Source: an uncultured Methanosarcinales archaeon
GTDB lineage: Archaea > Nanobdellota > Nanobdellia > Woesearchaeales > CAZYIM01
DNA: 38,038 nucleotides
Direction: 5' to 3'
NCBI GenBank assembly: GCA_964647565.1
Contig: CAZYIM010000030.1
Span: forward strand, 1-38,038
A program made the translations under genes and the position numbers. This document shows positions 1 through 9,778 of the stretch, piece by piece (position 1 is the stretch's first letter; each line of letters starts with the position of its first letter). The notes beneath the pieces were generated by a model. The model was not told the DNA's origin, ran no database searches, and saw only the letters and a program-made list of their open reading frames with translations.

Positions 1-30
1 AATGGTATCTAACACATTTTCATATATCAT
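1..30 (-). CDS. N-terminus (partial, runs off the window) of a probable cysteine synthase / cystathionine beta-synthase family PLP enzyme
   Basis: ATG at 30 reads MIYENVLDTI..., matching the typical CysK/CysM/CBS start (MIYxxxxxxIGxTP). GGAGG SD at 38-42. Only 10 codons are visible. Confidence 0.65.
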   Translation of the reverse strand, partial: MIYENVLDTI

Positions 31-132
31 TTTTCTTCCTCCAAGTTTTTACGAAGGGTTCTAGAAATTTGTAACTCAGAACCTTCGAATTTTTTTAGAA
101 AAAAATAATATGAGTGGGCCTATGAAAAAGAT

Positions 133-168
133 CTAACAGCAACAGTAATAGCAAATTAGGCCTGTCAT
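133..168 (-). promoter_or_regulatory. Poly-cysteine leader peptide uORF (MTGLICYYCCC*), candidate attenuator
   Basis: ATG ACA GGC CTA ATT TGC TAT TAC TGT TGC TGT TAG on the minus strand. TATA-like TTTATAAA at 191-198 lies 23-30 nt upstream of the ATG. A T7 tract (99-105) and a hairpin (52-87) follow before the downstream SD. Confidence 0.7.
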
Positions 169-214
169 AACCAATAGTAACTCAAACTTATTTATAAATA
201 TTTTCTTTAAATGA

Positions 215-1219
215 CTATTTTTTTTTCAGAACAACGTACAGATCTCCTCTTCTGTTTGGTTGGTCATAGAAAGGGATACCCAACCCTGCCAATCTTAATC
301 TAGCACCAACTTCTGAATTTTTAGGTATAGAAATATTAACTTTCCGCCCATCAGGAATACGCAACTTCTTGGTTGCACCTTTCTTAAGCTCTTTTTCAGA
401 TATAGACAAAAGAGTATAAAGATCATCACCTTTTCTTTCAAAATCTGGGTCTGGACAAGCGTTCATCTTCACATAAAGATTACCTGCTTTTCCTCCTTTG
501 ACATAATGTCCCCAACCCGAAATTCTCAGAACCTGGCCATTCACAACACCAGGTTTCAGTTTAACGTTCAAAGTCTTCTTGACTTTTTTGCTACCATAAC
601 CTTCACAACTGGGACAGGGATCCTTTCCCATCCCATGACAAGGATCACAAACCATTTCCTGAATTATAGCAAAGCCCTGAGCTGTACGGGAATAAGTCCG
701 AAACGCACCTTGCCCGTGACATGGCACACAATCATCCTGAGTATGACCTACGCCCTCGCAATCACCACATTTGGCCCATCTGTTAACACGAACTTTTTTC
801 TCTGTTCCTTTGATAATATCCTCAAGAGTGATCTGTATATGCCCTGTAATATCTCCACCGAGAGCAGCTCTCCGTGATTTCTGTTTGCGACCAAAGAACA
901 CGTCAAATATATCAAAGCCTCCAACGCCCACAGAACTCCAGTCAGTTCTTGACTTCATATCGCGAAATATATCCTCCTGAGAGAATCTGCTCCTGAAACC
1001 ATCTGCACCAAAACTATCATACTGTGCTCTCTTTTTTGAATCAGACAACACCCCATATGCCTCAGAGACCTCTTTGAACTTCTCTTCAGCCACCTTGTCT
1101 CCAGGATTCTTGTCTGGATGATACTTCATAGCAAGCTTACGGTACTTCTTCTTGATATCAGCGTCAGACGCACCTTTATCTACATCCAAAATTGCATAAT
1201 AATCCTTGCCACCCTGCAT
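215..1219 (-). CDS. dnaJ: Chaperone DnaJ (J domain, CxxCxGxG zinc finger, C-terminal domain)
   Basis: DYYAILDV...[10 protein letters not shown] domain with HPD motif, four CxxCxGxG repeats, GDLYV C-terminal motif. Confidence 0.95.
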   Translation of the reverse strand: MQGGKDYYAILDVDKGASDADIKKKYRKLAMKYHPDKNPGDKVAEEKFKEVSEAYGVLSDSKKRAQYDSFGADGFRSRFSQEDIFRDMKSRTDWSSVGVGGFDIFDVFFGRKQKSRRAALGGDITGHIQITLEDIIKGTEKKVRVNRWAKCGDCEGVGHTQDDCVPCHGQGAFRTYSRTAQGFAIIQEMVCDPCHGMGKDPCPSCEGYGSKKVKKTLNVKLKPGVVNGQVLRISGWGHYVKGGKAGNLYVKMNACPDPDFERKGDDLYTLLSISEKELKKGATKKLRIPDGRKVNISIPKNSEVGARLRLAGLGIPFYDQPNRRGDLYVVLKKK

Positions 1220-1405
1220 AAAACACAGAAATACGATCTAGTTTATATTTTTTTATGGTTTTGCTCAGCCTATTAGACCACCCTCGCCTCCTCAGCGGAG
1301 TGTTTATTGTGCTTTTTGGTTGTGCTTTATTTCTTCTGGAAAAAGCACGATTGGAAAAAGTTTTTAAACAATTAATGGTTGCGAATTACCAGCTGAGGTG
1401 GAACT

Positions 1406-1918
1406 ATGGATGATCTTGATGTATTGAAATTGATTATGAAGCAGGAGATAGTTGCTGAGAAGAGATATGAACAGCATGCAGAGATGATATGCGACCCAGA
1501 AGTCAAGGCCCTATTAGAGGAGCTTAGGGATGTTGAAGGAGATCACAAGGTTTCCTGTCTTGAAGCTATCCATAATATTGATCCTGACTATCATATTGAC
1601 ATGAGCTTTATTGATACAGAGGGATTCTGCTTCAAGGTAAGTTGCCAGGATGAAAAGGAGAAGATAATTGAGATCCTGACAGTCAATCTTGAAGAGGAAA
1701 GAGGCGCTCTCCGATCTTACGAAGGTTTCTCTAATGAGACTGAGAATCCAGAAGTTGCATTATTACTGAAAGAATTCATAGATGATGAGCAAGAGCACAT
1801 CATGAAACTTCAAAACATCCTAGAAAACCTGGGCGGGGATGATATAATTCCTGAAGGCGATGCAGATTCAGGCCATTATAATACTGACGAAGGTGCAGTT
1901 GATGACGATGAAGCTTAG
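1406..1918 (+). CDS. Ferritin-like / rubrerythrin-family di-iron protein with acidic tail
   Basis: Two E-x6-Y...E-x2-H repeats (EIVAEKRY...EGDH; EERGALRSY...EQEH). GAGGTG SD upstream. Confidence 0.8.
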   Translation: MDDLDVLKLIMKQEIVAEKRYEQHAEMICDPEVKALLEELRDVEGDHKVSCLEAIHNIDPDYHIDMSFIDTEGFCFKVSCQDEKEKIIEILTVNLEEERGALRSYEGFSNETENPEVALLLKEFIDDEQEHIMKLQNILENLGGDDIIPEGDADSGHYNTDEGAVDDDEA

Positions 1919-2345
1919 TGTAAAGGATATAATTGGGAAGGCTGTTATAGCTGAAGAAGAGGCTTATGAATTCTATACAGAGGCAGCAAAAAGAATTAAA
2001 TCTCCTAGTGCTGTCAATATGTTCGAGACTCTAGCTAAGGAAGAGCTTCGACACAAGGAATCACTAAAAAAACTTGATATTACTGTGCTAGACACCAAAA
2101 CTCTCAAACCCAACCAACAGATCAAGGTCTGTGAAAAGGTGTTATTAACTCCAGTCTCAGAACTAAAGGAAATCCAGGATGTATTTATCCTGGCCATCAA
2201 GAGAGAGCAGGAAGCTCATGATACCTATGCAGAACTGGCCAAAGTGTTCAAGCCAAGCACAGAAAAAGAGCTTTTCCTAGAGCTAGCCAAGATGGAAAAA
2301 GGCCATAAACGAGTACTAGAAAAAGAATACGACAGCTGCTTCTAG
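1908..2345 (+). CDS. Ferritin-like / rubrerythrin-family protein
   Basis: EEEAYEFY...EELRH and EQEAHDTY...EKGH motifs. Start moved to ATG 1908 (MKLSVKDII), overlapping the upstream gene. Confidence 0.85.
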   Translation: MKLSVKDIIGKAVIAEEEAYEFYTEAAKRIKSPSAVNMFETLAKEELRHKESLKKLDITVLDTKTLKPNQQIKVCEKVLLTPVSELKEIQDVFILAIKREQEAHDTYAELAKVFKPSTEKELFLELAKMEKGHKRVLEKEYDSCF

Positions 2346-3016
2346 TTTTTCTTGCAGACAAAGAATGCATGATCCTTTTCAAAAGGTGAGAGCTCTCTGT
2401 AATCTACGATAGTTATATGCTTTTCAAGCTCTGCTCTAACCTGCTTGAAGATCTCTTTAGGGTGCTTAGCCACATCTATACTTCTTGCTTTTAAGGCTAG
2501 GAGTCCAAAACCCCCTGTTTTCAGGAATTTGTCACAGTTCTTCAGAAAGATTCCCACTTGATCCCTTTGTGCAATATCTTGATAAACGACATCTACCTCA
2601 TTAACCTGTTGCTCATATTCTTCTGGATGATTAGCATCAGCGAGTATTGGAGCCATATTCTCCCTGGCCTCACAGAGGAATATCAGATCCCTCACAACAA
2701 CTGGTGCAAAGTCCATTGCAAAGACAAAGCCGTTCTTGCCGACCATATCTGAAACAAAAGAGGGTGTATAACCATGTGATGCACCCAGATAGAGGATAAT
2801 AGATTCTTCTTTTATTCCAATCTGGGAAATATCCTTTACTATTGCAGCCGCAAGCTTGCTGCGAGTTGGATCCCATTCTCGGAATTCAGTTCCTTTTTCC
2901 TTGAATAGTCTCTCTTCAAAAAATGATTTTCCAGGGGTCAAATTCTTAGTCAAGAGAATCTTTTTCTTGCCAACTCTTTCTTCAAACAGGTTAGGAAACT
3001 TCTTGACAGGATTCAT
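2342..3016 (-). CDS. flpA: Fibrillarin-like rRNA/tRNA 2'-O-methyltransferase
   Basis: REWDPTRSKLAAAI, LYLGASHGYTPSFVSD, DVVYQDIAQRDQ, KARSID motifs. Confidence 0.95.
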   Translation of the reverse strand: MNPVKKFPNLFEERVGKKKILLTKNLTPGKSFFEERLFKEKGTEFREWDPTRSKLAAAIVKDISQIGIKEESIILYLGASHGYTPSFVSDMVGKNGFVFAMDFAPVVVRDLIFLCEARENMAPILADANHPEEYEQQVNEVDVVYQDIAQRDQVGIFLKNCDKFLKTGGFGLLALKARSIDVAKHPKEIFKQVRAELEKHITIVDYRELSPFEKDHAFFVCKKN

Positions 3017-3744
3017 TTGAACTTAGCCTCCAATTCCTGCTTCAGCTTGTCGCCGATAAACTCTCCCTTGAAATAGTCAACCTTGGCTGCAATCGATATC
3101 TTGTCTGCCAATGCTCTCGAAGCCTTGCCTTTTTCATTCTTTTTGACCACTGCAATCAGATGATGGTTCACAATATGTCCATGTTTAGGTGCTTTTGCAC
3201 CTGTACGAACATGCCTAAACAGTGCTTTTTCAGCACCAAGGAGCTGTATTGTTGAACTTGACATAGAAGATAAGCGTTTTAAAGACCCTGCCTCATTAAG
3301 CAGCTTAGCCCCAATCAAAGCACCTGCAAGAGCCAAGACATTAGGACAATAGCCTTTCATGGTCTTTTCAAGGTATTTTTCAAGAGAATCTCTTAGTTTA
3401 TACAATTCACCTGCCTTTGTGGCAAGCTCTTTCATTGGCTCCAGATCCTCTTTCAACTCCTTACCCATTGAATCCTTTATCTTGAGCTCTGCCATCAACG
3501 TTTTCTTGTCTTTTTCAAGCACAAGCCTTACAAAGGCTTCATTGTCAGCTATGCTCTTGTACAATTCAGGAAAATAGAGTGCATACCAATCCCTAAGCCT
3601 CTTTGCCAGAGCATTGCACACTTTATTTAGTTCTTCTACGGTTGTAATAGCATGACAGATATAATTATCTTCAGTCACAGATTCCTTTATCTTCTGCTTA
3701 GCCAGCTTGATGCTCTCTTCTCTTATCTTTTTAAAGTCAGGCAT
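3013..3744 (-). CDS. nop5: Nop5/Nop56-family C/D box RNP subunit (short form: coiled coil plus Nop domain)
   Basis: RLRDWYALYFPEL, STIQLLGAEKALFRH...PKHG, RALADKISIAAKVDYF. ATGA overlap with flpA. Confidence 0.92.
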   Translation of the reverse strand: MPDFKKIREESIKLAKQKIKESVTEDNYICHAITTVEELNKVCNALAKRLRDWYALYFPELYKSIADNEAFVRLVLEKDKKTLMAELKIKDSMGKELKEDLEPMKELATKAGELYKLRDSLEKYLEKTMKGYCPNVLALAGALIGAKLLNEAGSLKRLSSMSSSTIQLLGAEKALFRHVRTGAKAPKHGHIVNHHLIAVVKKNEKGKASRALADKISIAAKVDYFKGEFIGDKLKQELEAKFK

Positions 3745-3953
3745 GGTGCTGGGAGATGGGTTTTCATTTATAAAGTTAGCTCTTTAATAATTTTTTACAA
3801 CTTTTTTATATTAAAAAAAAAAACCGAAAGTCTGTCAAATGGCATAGCCATTTTCCCCAACTTCCAATTTTTATCACTTTTCAGTGATAAAAATCGAAAG
3901 CTTTATAAACTAAAAACACCATAAATAGAGTATAAATCGCGAATTAGATTAAA

Positions 3954-6098
3954 ATGGGGCCAGAAAACAAAAGGATACCGAAAATAAAGGCAAATAGCTA
4001 TAAAGAGATTCTTAAGTATTTTGAAATCTACAAGCTATATGAGAATTTTGCTGCCAAGTCCATGTTCTATACATTCTCAGATAAATTGCATTTCTATAAT
4101 CCGAGAGACAGCATACTAGAGATGATTGTTGACAGGAAACAGCATCCACGACTGTTCAAGAAGGCTCTTGAGCTTAAAAAATATGTCAATCTTTCAGATC
4201 TGGTTAAGGAACCGCAGAAAGAAAAAGAAAGAAAGTTCTACTATAATATCAGCAGACCCGACCTTCAGTTAAAGCTAGGCTTTGGTAAAGCCATATACGA
4301 TTTCTTTCCCAAGATGGACCGTTTCAAATTCGAGAATTATTTCCTTAAAAAAGATACTACCTGTTTGGATGCATTGCATAGGCTAAGGCCTCAGCATTCT
4401 GATCCTGAAAAAAGCAAGGAGATCTTAAAACAAGTCATAGATCTCTTCCCAGCCCAATTCAGTATGGGTTCCGAGTATCTGGATAAGATCATTGCCAACA
4501 GCATGTTAAAGACAGAGGTCATGAAACAGAAAGAGTTGCCTGTAAAACGAAAGGGCATCCTCAGGCTAGATGTTAACAGGAAAAAAAGAAAACAGGCAAG
4601 AAAAAGAGCAAAACAAGGACAATTCATCTCAAAACAGCAATATATTGATCAGGGATTCACTCATGATTACAAGTTCATATGCGAGGTTGTGGACAATGAC
4701 AACCGAAAATTCAGGTATTTCATGAAAAACGTACAAGGTTTCTCTAAGCCACATTATGAAAAAGCAGTTACCAAATTAGTAAGCAAAGTTATCAAAAAAT
4801 ATAACTTCACACATGTATCAGTCCCACAATTCAGGGCTTCTGCATATACCCTACCAGGCATTAAAAAAGTGCTGCACAAGATGAATAGGCATAATGCCAT
4901 CCAAGTCATGCTACAGGATTCTAACAAGGTCTATAACCTGCCCGCCCAGTATCTCAATGCAGACGGCAAGCTTAATATCCAAGGCATTTCAAAACTTGAG
5001 GAGATGTGCACGCCAGACAGGAACTTCCTGGTGTTCGAGCTCATGACAAATGGTGAGCTGCTTACTAACAGACTGGACAGGCAAAGACACGCGCCAAATA
5101 GGAGATTTGAGATATTCAAGAACCTTAATGATGTTGTTATAGACATGCAGTATGTTCTTTATGCAGAAGTCAAAAAACAGGCACCATCACTTCCAGAAGC
5201 AGACTATAAAATAGATTTAAAACGCTCAGTAGGAAAAGGAATGGCTGACAGAAAATTCTTTAGATTGTTCAACAAGCTGTTTGGCAATAAACTTAATGAA
5301 TACTACAACAGGAAAGATGGTTGGGGTAAAGGCAACTCCATCAATAAGGCATTCTGCCATAATGACCTAAACCCTGGTAACCTCAATGTCTCAGATTATC
5401 ATAACAGTCATAAATTTGAGATTGCAGACTGGGAAGCCGCAGGATATGGTCTTGGATTTAATGACCTGGTCAAATATGCATACAGCAGCAAAAGCCTGCT
5501 AAGAGGTAAGAGACAAGAAGTCATTGATGACTTTATTGTCAAGCGCTTCAAAGACATTGCATATGAAAAGCTTTCCAAGATCAAGAAAAAGCACAAGAAA
5601 GCTAAGAAAATGGAGACTCGTGCTAGGAAAAAATTCAAGAAAGCAAAAACCCTAGATGAAAAAAGAAAGGTCAATAGGCAAATCAAGAAGTGGAGCGAAA
5701 TCAAGGAATTCTATGACTTGAATGAAGCCAAGATAGAAAATTTCAACACAGAGAATATCCAGTATCATGTAGGCCAGGTTCTAGGCAAGAGATATGAGAA
5801 CAAATACGGAAGAGCATATGTTGGTGAAGCCAGAGATCTTGTCAAGATGACTATGATCTACAGCAAGATAAGATCAGCGGGAATAACTTATCATGCCGCT
5901 GAGAAAAACAATCTCTTTGGAGCTGGCAACTCTGAATTGCAATCTATAAGGAAAAATCTGAAAAGCGCATATACTATGACTAATTATTTCTTGAACAAGG
6001 CAGAGACAGAAAAAAACAAGAGAGAACATAAAAGATTAAGAGAATTCCAAAAAGAGATCAAAAACCTTTCTGTAGCATATACAGCCAAAAGATTGTAA
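3954..6098 (+). CDS. Large basic protein with an APH/choline-kinase-like phosphotransferase domain
   Basis: Brenner-type motif FCHNDLNPGNL (5358-5381) followed by IADWEAAGYG and DL. Very Lys/Arg-rich. N-terminal half not recognised. Confidence 0.65.
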   Translation: MGPENKRIPKIKANSYKEILKYFEIYKLYENFAAKSMFYTFSDKLHFYNPRDSILEMIVDRKQHPRLFKKALELKKYVNLSDLVKEPQKEKERKFYYNISRPDLQLKLGFGKAIYDFFPKMDRFKFENYFLKKDTTCLDALHRLRPQHSDPEKSKEILKQVIDLFPAQFSMGSEYLDKIIANSMLKTEVMKQKELPVKRKGILRLDVNRKKRKQARKRAKQGQFISKQQYIDQGFTHDYKFICEVVDNDNRKFRYFMKNVQGFSKPHYEKAVTKLVSKVIKKYNFTHVSVPQFRASAYTLPGIKKVLHKMNRHNAIQVMLQDSNKVYNLPAQYLNADGKLNIQGISKLEEMCTPDRNFLVFELMTNGELLTNRLDRQRHAPNRRFEIFKNLNDVVIDMQYVLYAEVKKQAPSLPEADYKIDLKRSVGKGMADRKFFRLFNKLFGNKLNEYYNRKDGWGKGNSINKAFCHNDLNPGNLNVSDYHNSHKFEIADWEAAGYGLGFNDLVKYAYSSKSLLRGKRQEVIDDFIVKRFKDIAYEKLSKIKKKHKKAKKMETRARKKFKKAKTLDEKRKVNRQIKKWSEIKEFYDLNEAKIENFNTENIQYHVGQVLGKRYENKYGRAYVGEARDLVKMTMIYSKIRSAGITYHAAEKNNLFGAGNSELQSIRKNLKSAYTMTNYFLNKAETEKNKREHKRLREFQKEIKNLSVAYTAKRL

Positions 6099-6099
6099 C

Positions 6100-7008
6100 C
6101 TATTTCTCCTTTAGCTTCAGGTAAAAAGTAGGACCTATCATCTCATTGACTGAAGAGATTATGTTATCTATCTCCATCAGGAGGCGGGTATTGATAACCT
6201 TCTTGGATTCTACCAACTTATCTATGTCCTGACCTATCTTGACCCTCTTGTTATAAAAATTCAGGAACTTGGAAAGGTTAAAACTGTAAAACAACTCATA
6301 ATACTCTCTTACACAGCTGTTGGTAGCCTTTAAAACCTCCATAATAGAGTCATTTCCAGTCTTATTCTTCTCAATGACCTTGCTTAAGTTCTTATAGTGT
6401 CTGCCGAGCTTGTGCAGCTTGAACAGGATCGCATACATCAATGGCTTGGAGGATTCCTCCTCTACGTTCTCCTGGAGCATGATACGTCTGCAATATGCAA
6501 GAAACTTGGCCAAAGTCTCGTAGTTAGAGAGGACACTGTTCACGCCGGGCCCTTTCTTTAAGATCAACTGAACACATTCTTCACCCATGTCCAAGACCAG
6601 AAGAAAGCTCTTCCGTATCATGTTATCGTATTCACCTATCTCTGTCTCTGCAAGCTTTTTTACTGTCACCATATCTGATTTCTGCTCGACAATTTCAAGA
6701 CCTACAAAACGGTTCAATGCGTTCTTTACAGATTCAAATTCTTCTTGAGTCTTGTATTTGAAGTCTACCCGGTCATATCCTTTAAGGAAAAGAGCTCCGA
6801 GAATATGCGTTGTTAGGGCGGAGATGCCAGTTATATCAAAGGAAATTGATCTGGATTCTTTCTTGATCTCGGTCTGTATCAGAAGCCCGTCAGGGCTCTC
6901 AATGAGATCGATTTCATCACCCTTTACAATCTTTTTTGCCTTCACCCATTTGCTGGGCAGTGAGACAACCAAGGTTGTTGGTCCGTGTTGCATGATCTTA
7001 CGTTTCAT
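6100..7008 (-). CDS. AbrB/MazE/SpoVT-domain plus PhoU-like transcriptional regulator
   Basis: MKRKIMQHGPTTLVVSLPSKWVK...KGDEI AbrB N-terminus, LKGYD and GLEIVEQ motifs typical of archaeal PhoU-type regulators. Confidence 0.85.
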   Translation of the reverse strand: MKRKIMQHGPTTLVVSLPSKWVKAKKIVKGDEIDLIESPDGLLIQTEIKKESRSISFDITGISALTTHILGALFLKGYDRVDFKYKTQEEFESVKNALNRFVGLEIVEQKSDMVTVKKLAETEIGEYDNMIRKSFLLVLDMGEECVQLILKKGPGVNSVLSNYETLAKFLAYCRRIMLQENVEEESSKPLMYAILFKLHKLGRHYKNLSKVIEKNKTGNDSIMEVLKATNSCVREYYELFYSFNLSKFLNFYNKRVKIGQDIDKLVESKKVINTRLLMEIDNIISSVNEMIGPTFYLKLKEK

Positions 7009-7221
7009 TGGAAATCACCAAGATTTTCAATGTCCCAGAATTTTTTTAAAATTCTCAGGACATAAGATAAACATATTAAGTTCTCATATAAATATCTTTC
7101 GGAAATATAGTTATATAATTATCCATATATATAGTGTATGGAGAAAATACTTATATCTCAGGATACTACTTATTAGTGAAATTAAATAAACATACAAAAC
7201 AACCCAAAGGAGGACAAAAAA

Positions 7222-7974
7222 ATGAAAAAAACCACAATCGGGCTCTTGACAGCACTTCTGCTTGCAGGAGGCGTAGGAGCAAAATCAGGAATAGAACAAG
7301 CAGTGGCCCAAGAAGCACAAAAACCGAAGCAAGAACAACAGGTACGATATGGTGAAGAAGTTAATCATTCAGGCATCATGCTAGGATATGGTTTAGATCT
7401 AAGAAACACATACGAAGAAGAGAAGGACAAAAACGGCAAAAAAACAGGCAGGGCATGGGTAAGCACAAACTGGATGAGGTTTGACCACAAAGGAACATAC
7501 GATACCCTTTGGAACTTTTTCAAGGGTTTGTCAAAAGACGATGAACTGAACTTTAAGCAGAACAAAAGGGCTGATGGATTCAATGTTGGTTGGGAATATA
7601 ACACCAGCAAAGAAGACTCAACCTTCAAATTCGATGTCAAAGAACCCTTTGCATCGCCTGAGAAAGTCAATTGGAGAAAAGATGTCCTTGATGGAAAAAA
7701 GGTAGACATTTTGAGACTCGAAGGCATGAAGCTCTACAACAGCGGACACGACTATAACCTTGCAAATGTAGATTTCATATCAGAGGATGAAGGAAAGTCA
7801 TGGAACAGAGTGATCTGTGAATACAAGCCCATCGGACGCCACTTCGGCTCAAGCGGATTCCTGGACTTGCTCAAGAAAAGTAATGGAATGCTATACCCTA
7901 AAAAGTACTGGGCGGTTGAAAGCCAACATAACGTCCATGGAATCGACAAATACTTCCAGAGGTTCGGGAAATAA
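7222..7974 (+). CDS. Secreted hypothetical protein
   Basis: Signal peptide MKKTTIGLLTALLLAGGVG, AGGAGG SD, 250-aa ORF, T-rich tract after the stop. Confidence 0.8.
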   Translation: MKKTTIGLLTALLLAGGVGAKSGIEQAVAQEAQKPKQEQQVRYGEEVNHSGIMLGYGLDLRNTYEEEKDKNGKKTGRAWVSTNWMRFDHKGTYDTLWNFFKGLSKDDELNFKQNKRADGFNVGWEYNTSKEDSTFKFDVKEPFASPEKVNWRKDVLDGKKVDILRLEGMKLYNSGHDYNLANVDFISEDEGKSWNRVICEYKPIGRHFGSSGFLDLLKKSNGMLYPKKYWAVESQHNVHGIDKYFQRFGK

Positions 7975-7996
7975 ATTTTTTTTATTTTCATTTTTC
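7975..7996 (+). terminator. Oligo-T archaeal-type terminator candidate
   Basis: Long T runs immediately after the TAA of the 250-aa gene. Confidence 0.4.
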
Positions 7997-8091
7997 CCCC
8001 CTCAAACCAACATAAAAATAATACTTGCTTTGGAAAAAAGAGGTGATTTTTTCTTGGGTAGAAAAAACAATAAAACAAAGGTGAATAAAAA

Positions 8092-8733
8092 ATGAAAAAT
8101 GGAATGAAAAACATAATGAAGATCGGCCTATTGGGCACATTACTGGCTCTTGGAGGCGGTCTCGAAAGCAAGCTTCAAGCCCAGGACAAACCAAAAACAA
8201 GTCAGGGAAATACCGCAGAACAAAGGATGTCTAATTACTATGGTGTGTATCCCAGAAACACAAATATGGCTGCACCCATCTACAAAGAGCACACTGCACT
8301 GAAAGAATACAACAAGGTGTGGGAACAATACAAGAACGTGCCAAAAGACGGGGATTACCTGCTGGAAAGAGGAAAAAAGATCGATGGAAATTGGTATGAT
8401 ATATACAAGAATATTGGCCCGGGCAAGAATCGTGGAAAGAGAATCCGGATACTACGAAGCTCAACCTGTCCAAGGACAATTAGATGGACCAAGGTTAATA
8501 TTGACGGAAAGGAAAAGGATAGTCTCAGTCTGTATCAAATCTCCACAGGATGGGGTACCCATCTTGATTTGGGTTTCGTAAAAAAAGGCAGTTCATATGA
8601 ACGGTTGATAGCCGCATCAACCATGACAACCAAAGTAGAAGGTACTCAAGCCCATGGCGTGAGTCAGGTATGGACATTTTCAAAGGAAGGGAACAGTCTG
8701 AAGACAACAGATACACACTATCAGCAGTTTTAA
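8092..8733 (+). CDS. Secreted hypothetical protein
   Basis: Signal peptide ...IGLLGTLLALGGGLESKLQAQ, AAGGTGA SD. Confidence 0.8.
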   Translation: MKNGMKNIMKIGLLGTLLALGGGLESKLQAQDKPKTSQGNTAEQRMSNYYGVYPRNTNMAAPIYKEHTALKEYNKVWEQYKNVPKDGDYLLERGKKIDGNWYDIYKNIGPGKNRGKRIRILRSSTCPRTIRWTKVNIDGKEKDSLSLYQISTGWGTHLDLGFVKKGSSYERLIAASTMTTKVEGTQAHGVSQVWTFSKEGNSLKTTDTHYQQF

Positions 8734-8778
8734 TCTGTTTTTCGATTCGAATTAAAAAATTATTGAAGGTGAAATAAA

Positions 8779-9693
8779 ATGAAAGGAAAAAATCTTTTGA
8801 TAGGAACAATAGCAACAGTGCTTACACTAGGAAGCGCTTTTGGCAACGGATTGGAAAGCAAAGTCTACTCACAAAATAATGTAACCCCTAAAGCAAAACA
8901 AGAACAACAACAGAAGGCAAAAGATATGAGCCTCCTACAAGCGATACGAGACGTAGAGAAATCAAGAAAAGGCGATAAGATAGATCAGAAACAGATTATG
9001 CAATATCTGCAAGACATAGAGAGCTCAGGCAAACTTGGAAAAGTAGGAAAAGAAATAGTCAGAGCAGCAAATGATATGTTAACAAAAAAAGGTCTGTCGA
9101 AAAGCTATATGAACTATAAGTCGTTCACTAACAAAGAAAATGTCTTATCGATTGGAAGGAAATGGAATGATCCAAATCACCCCCGGATCAAATGGGGAGA
9201 TACAAAAAAATACGAAATCGAAACAATAGAAGGTGGGAGTCCAGGAGTAAATTACTATGTTTACGAAAAAGTGAACCCCTTATTAGAGTTAGTTAAAGGA
9301 AAAGATTATTTCAAGCATGGCCAAATGTCTCAGAAGGAATGGAATCATCCAGACGAGGCTAAGCGACTTAACTCGCACAAATTCTACGGGGATATCGTAA
9401 AGATACACCAGCCTGATAAATATAGTCTAAGAATTTCATACCAAAAAGATCAGGAAAGATTTGATCTCAAACATTTGGGAGATAACTGGCTACACGGTGG
9501 CAGACTGGATCCAGTACATGTACTTTGTATAGATCTAACCCCCCAAGGATACACGGTATATGAAGAAACATTCGAACGTGGTATAAACGCAACAAGGGCA
9601 GATATCTACGATGGCGGAAAGAACCCAAAAGAGACTGAAGTCAAGAAAAGCACATTCAAAGACATATCTAACAAAGCATTAGATGAGATCTAA
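8779..9693 (+). CDS. Secreted hypothetical protein
   Basis: Signal peptide MKGKNLLIGTIATVLTLGSAFGNGLESKVYSQ, AAGGTGA SD. Confidence 0.8.
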   Translation: MKGKNLLIGTIATVLTLGSAFGNGLESKVYSQNNVTPKAKQEQQQKAKDMSLLQAIRDVEKSRKGDKIDQKQIMQYLQDIESSGKLGKVGKEIVRAANDMLTKKGLSKSYMNYKSFTNKENVLSIGRKWNDPNHPRIKWGDTKKYEIETIEGGSPGVNYYVYEKVNPLLELVKGKDYFKHGQMSQKEWNHPDEAKRLNSHKFYGDIVKIHQPDKYSLRISYQKDQERFDLKHLGDNWLHGGRLDPVHVLCIDLTPQGYTVYEETFERGINATRADIYDGGKNPKETEVKKSTFKDISNKALDEI

Positions 9694-9778
9694 ACATGTG
9701 CAGGAAATTTGGCCCAACGCTAAGACAAATTTTTATTTTTTTATCTTTAAAATCATAAACAAAATTAGGTGATAAAAA

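Noticed and set aside
1280..1348. GC-rich patch and 9-bp inverted repeat (gtgcttttt/aaaaagcac) between dnaJ and the ferritin-like genes
   Set aside because: Short, not matching CIRCE or any RNA motif I recognise, and plausible by chance.
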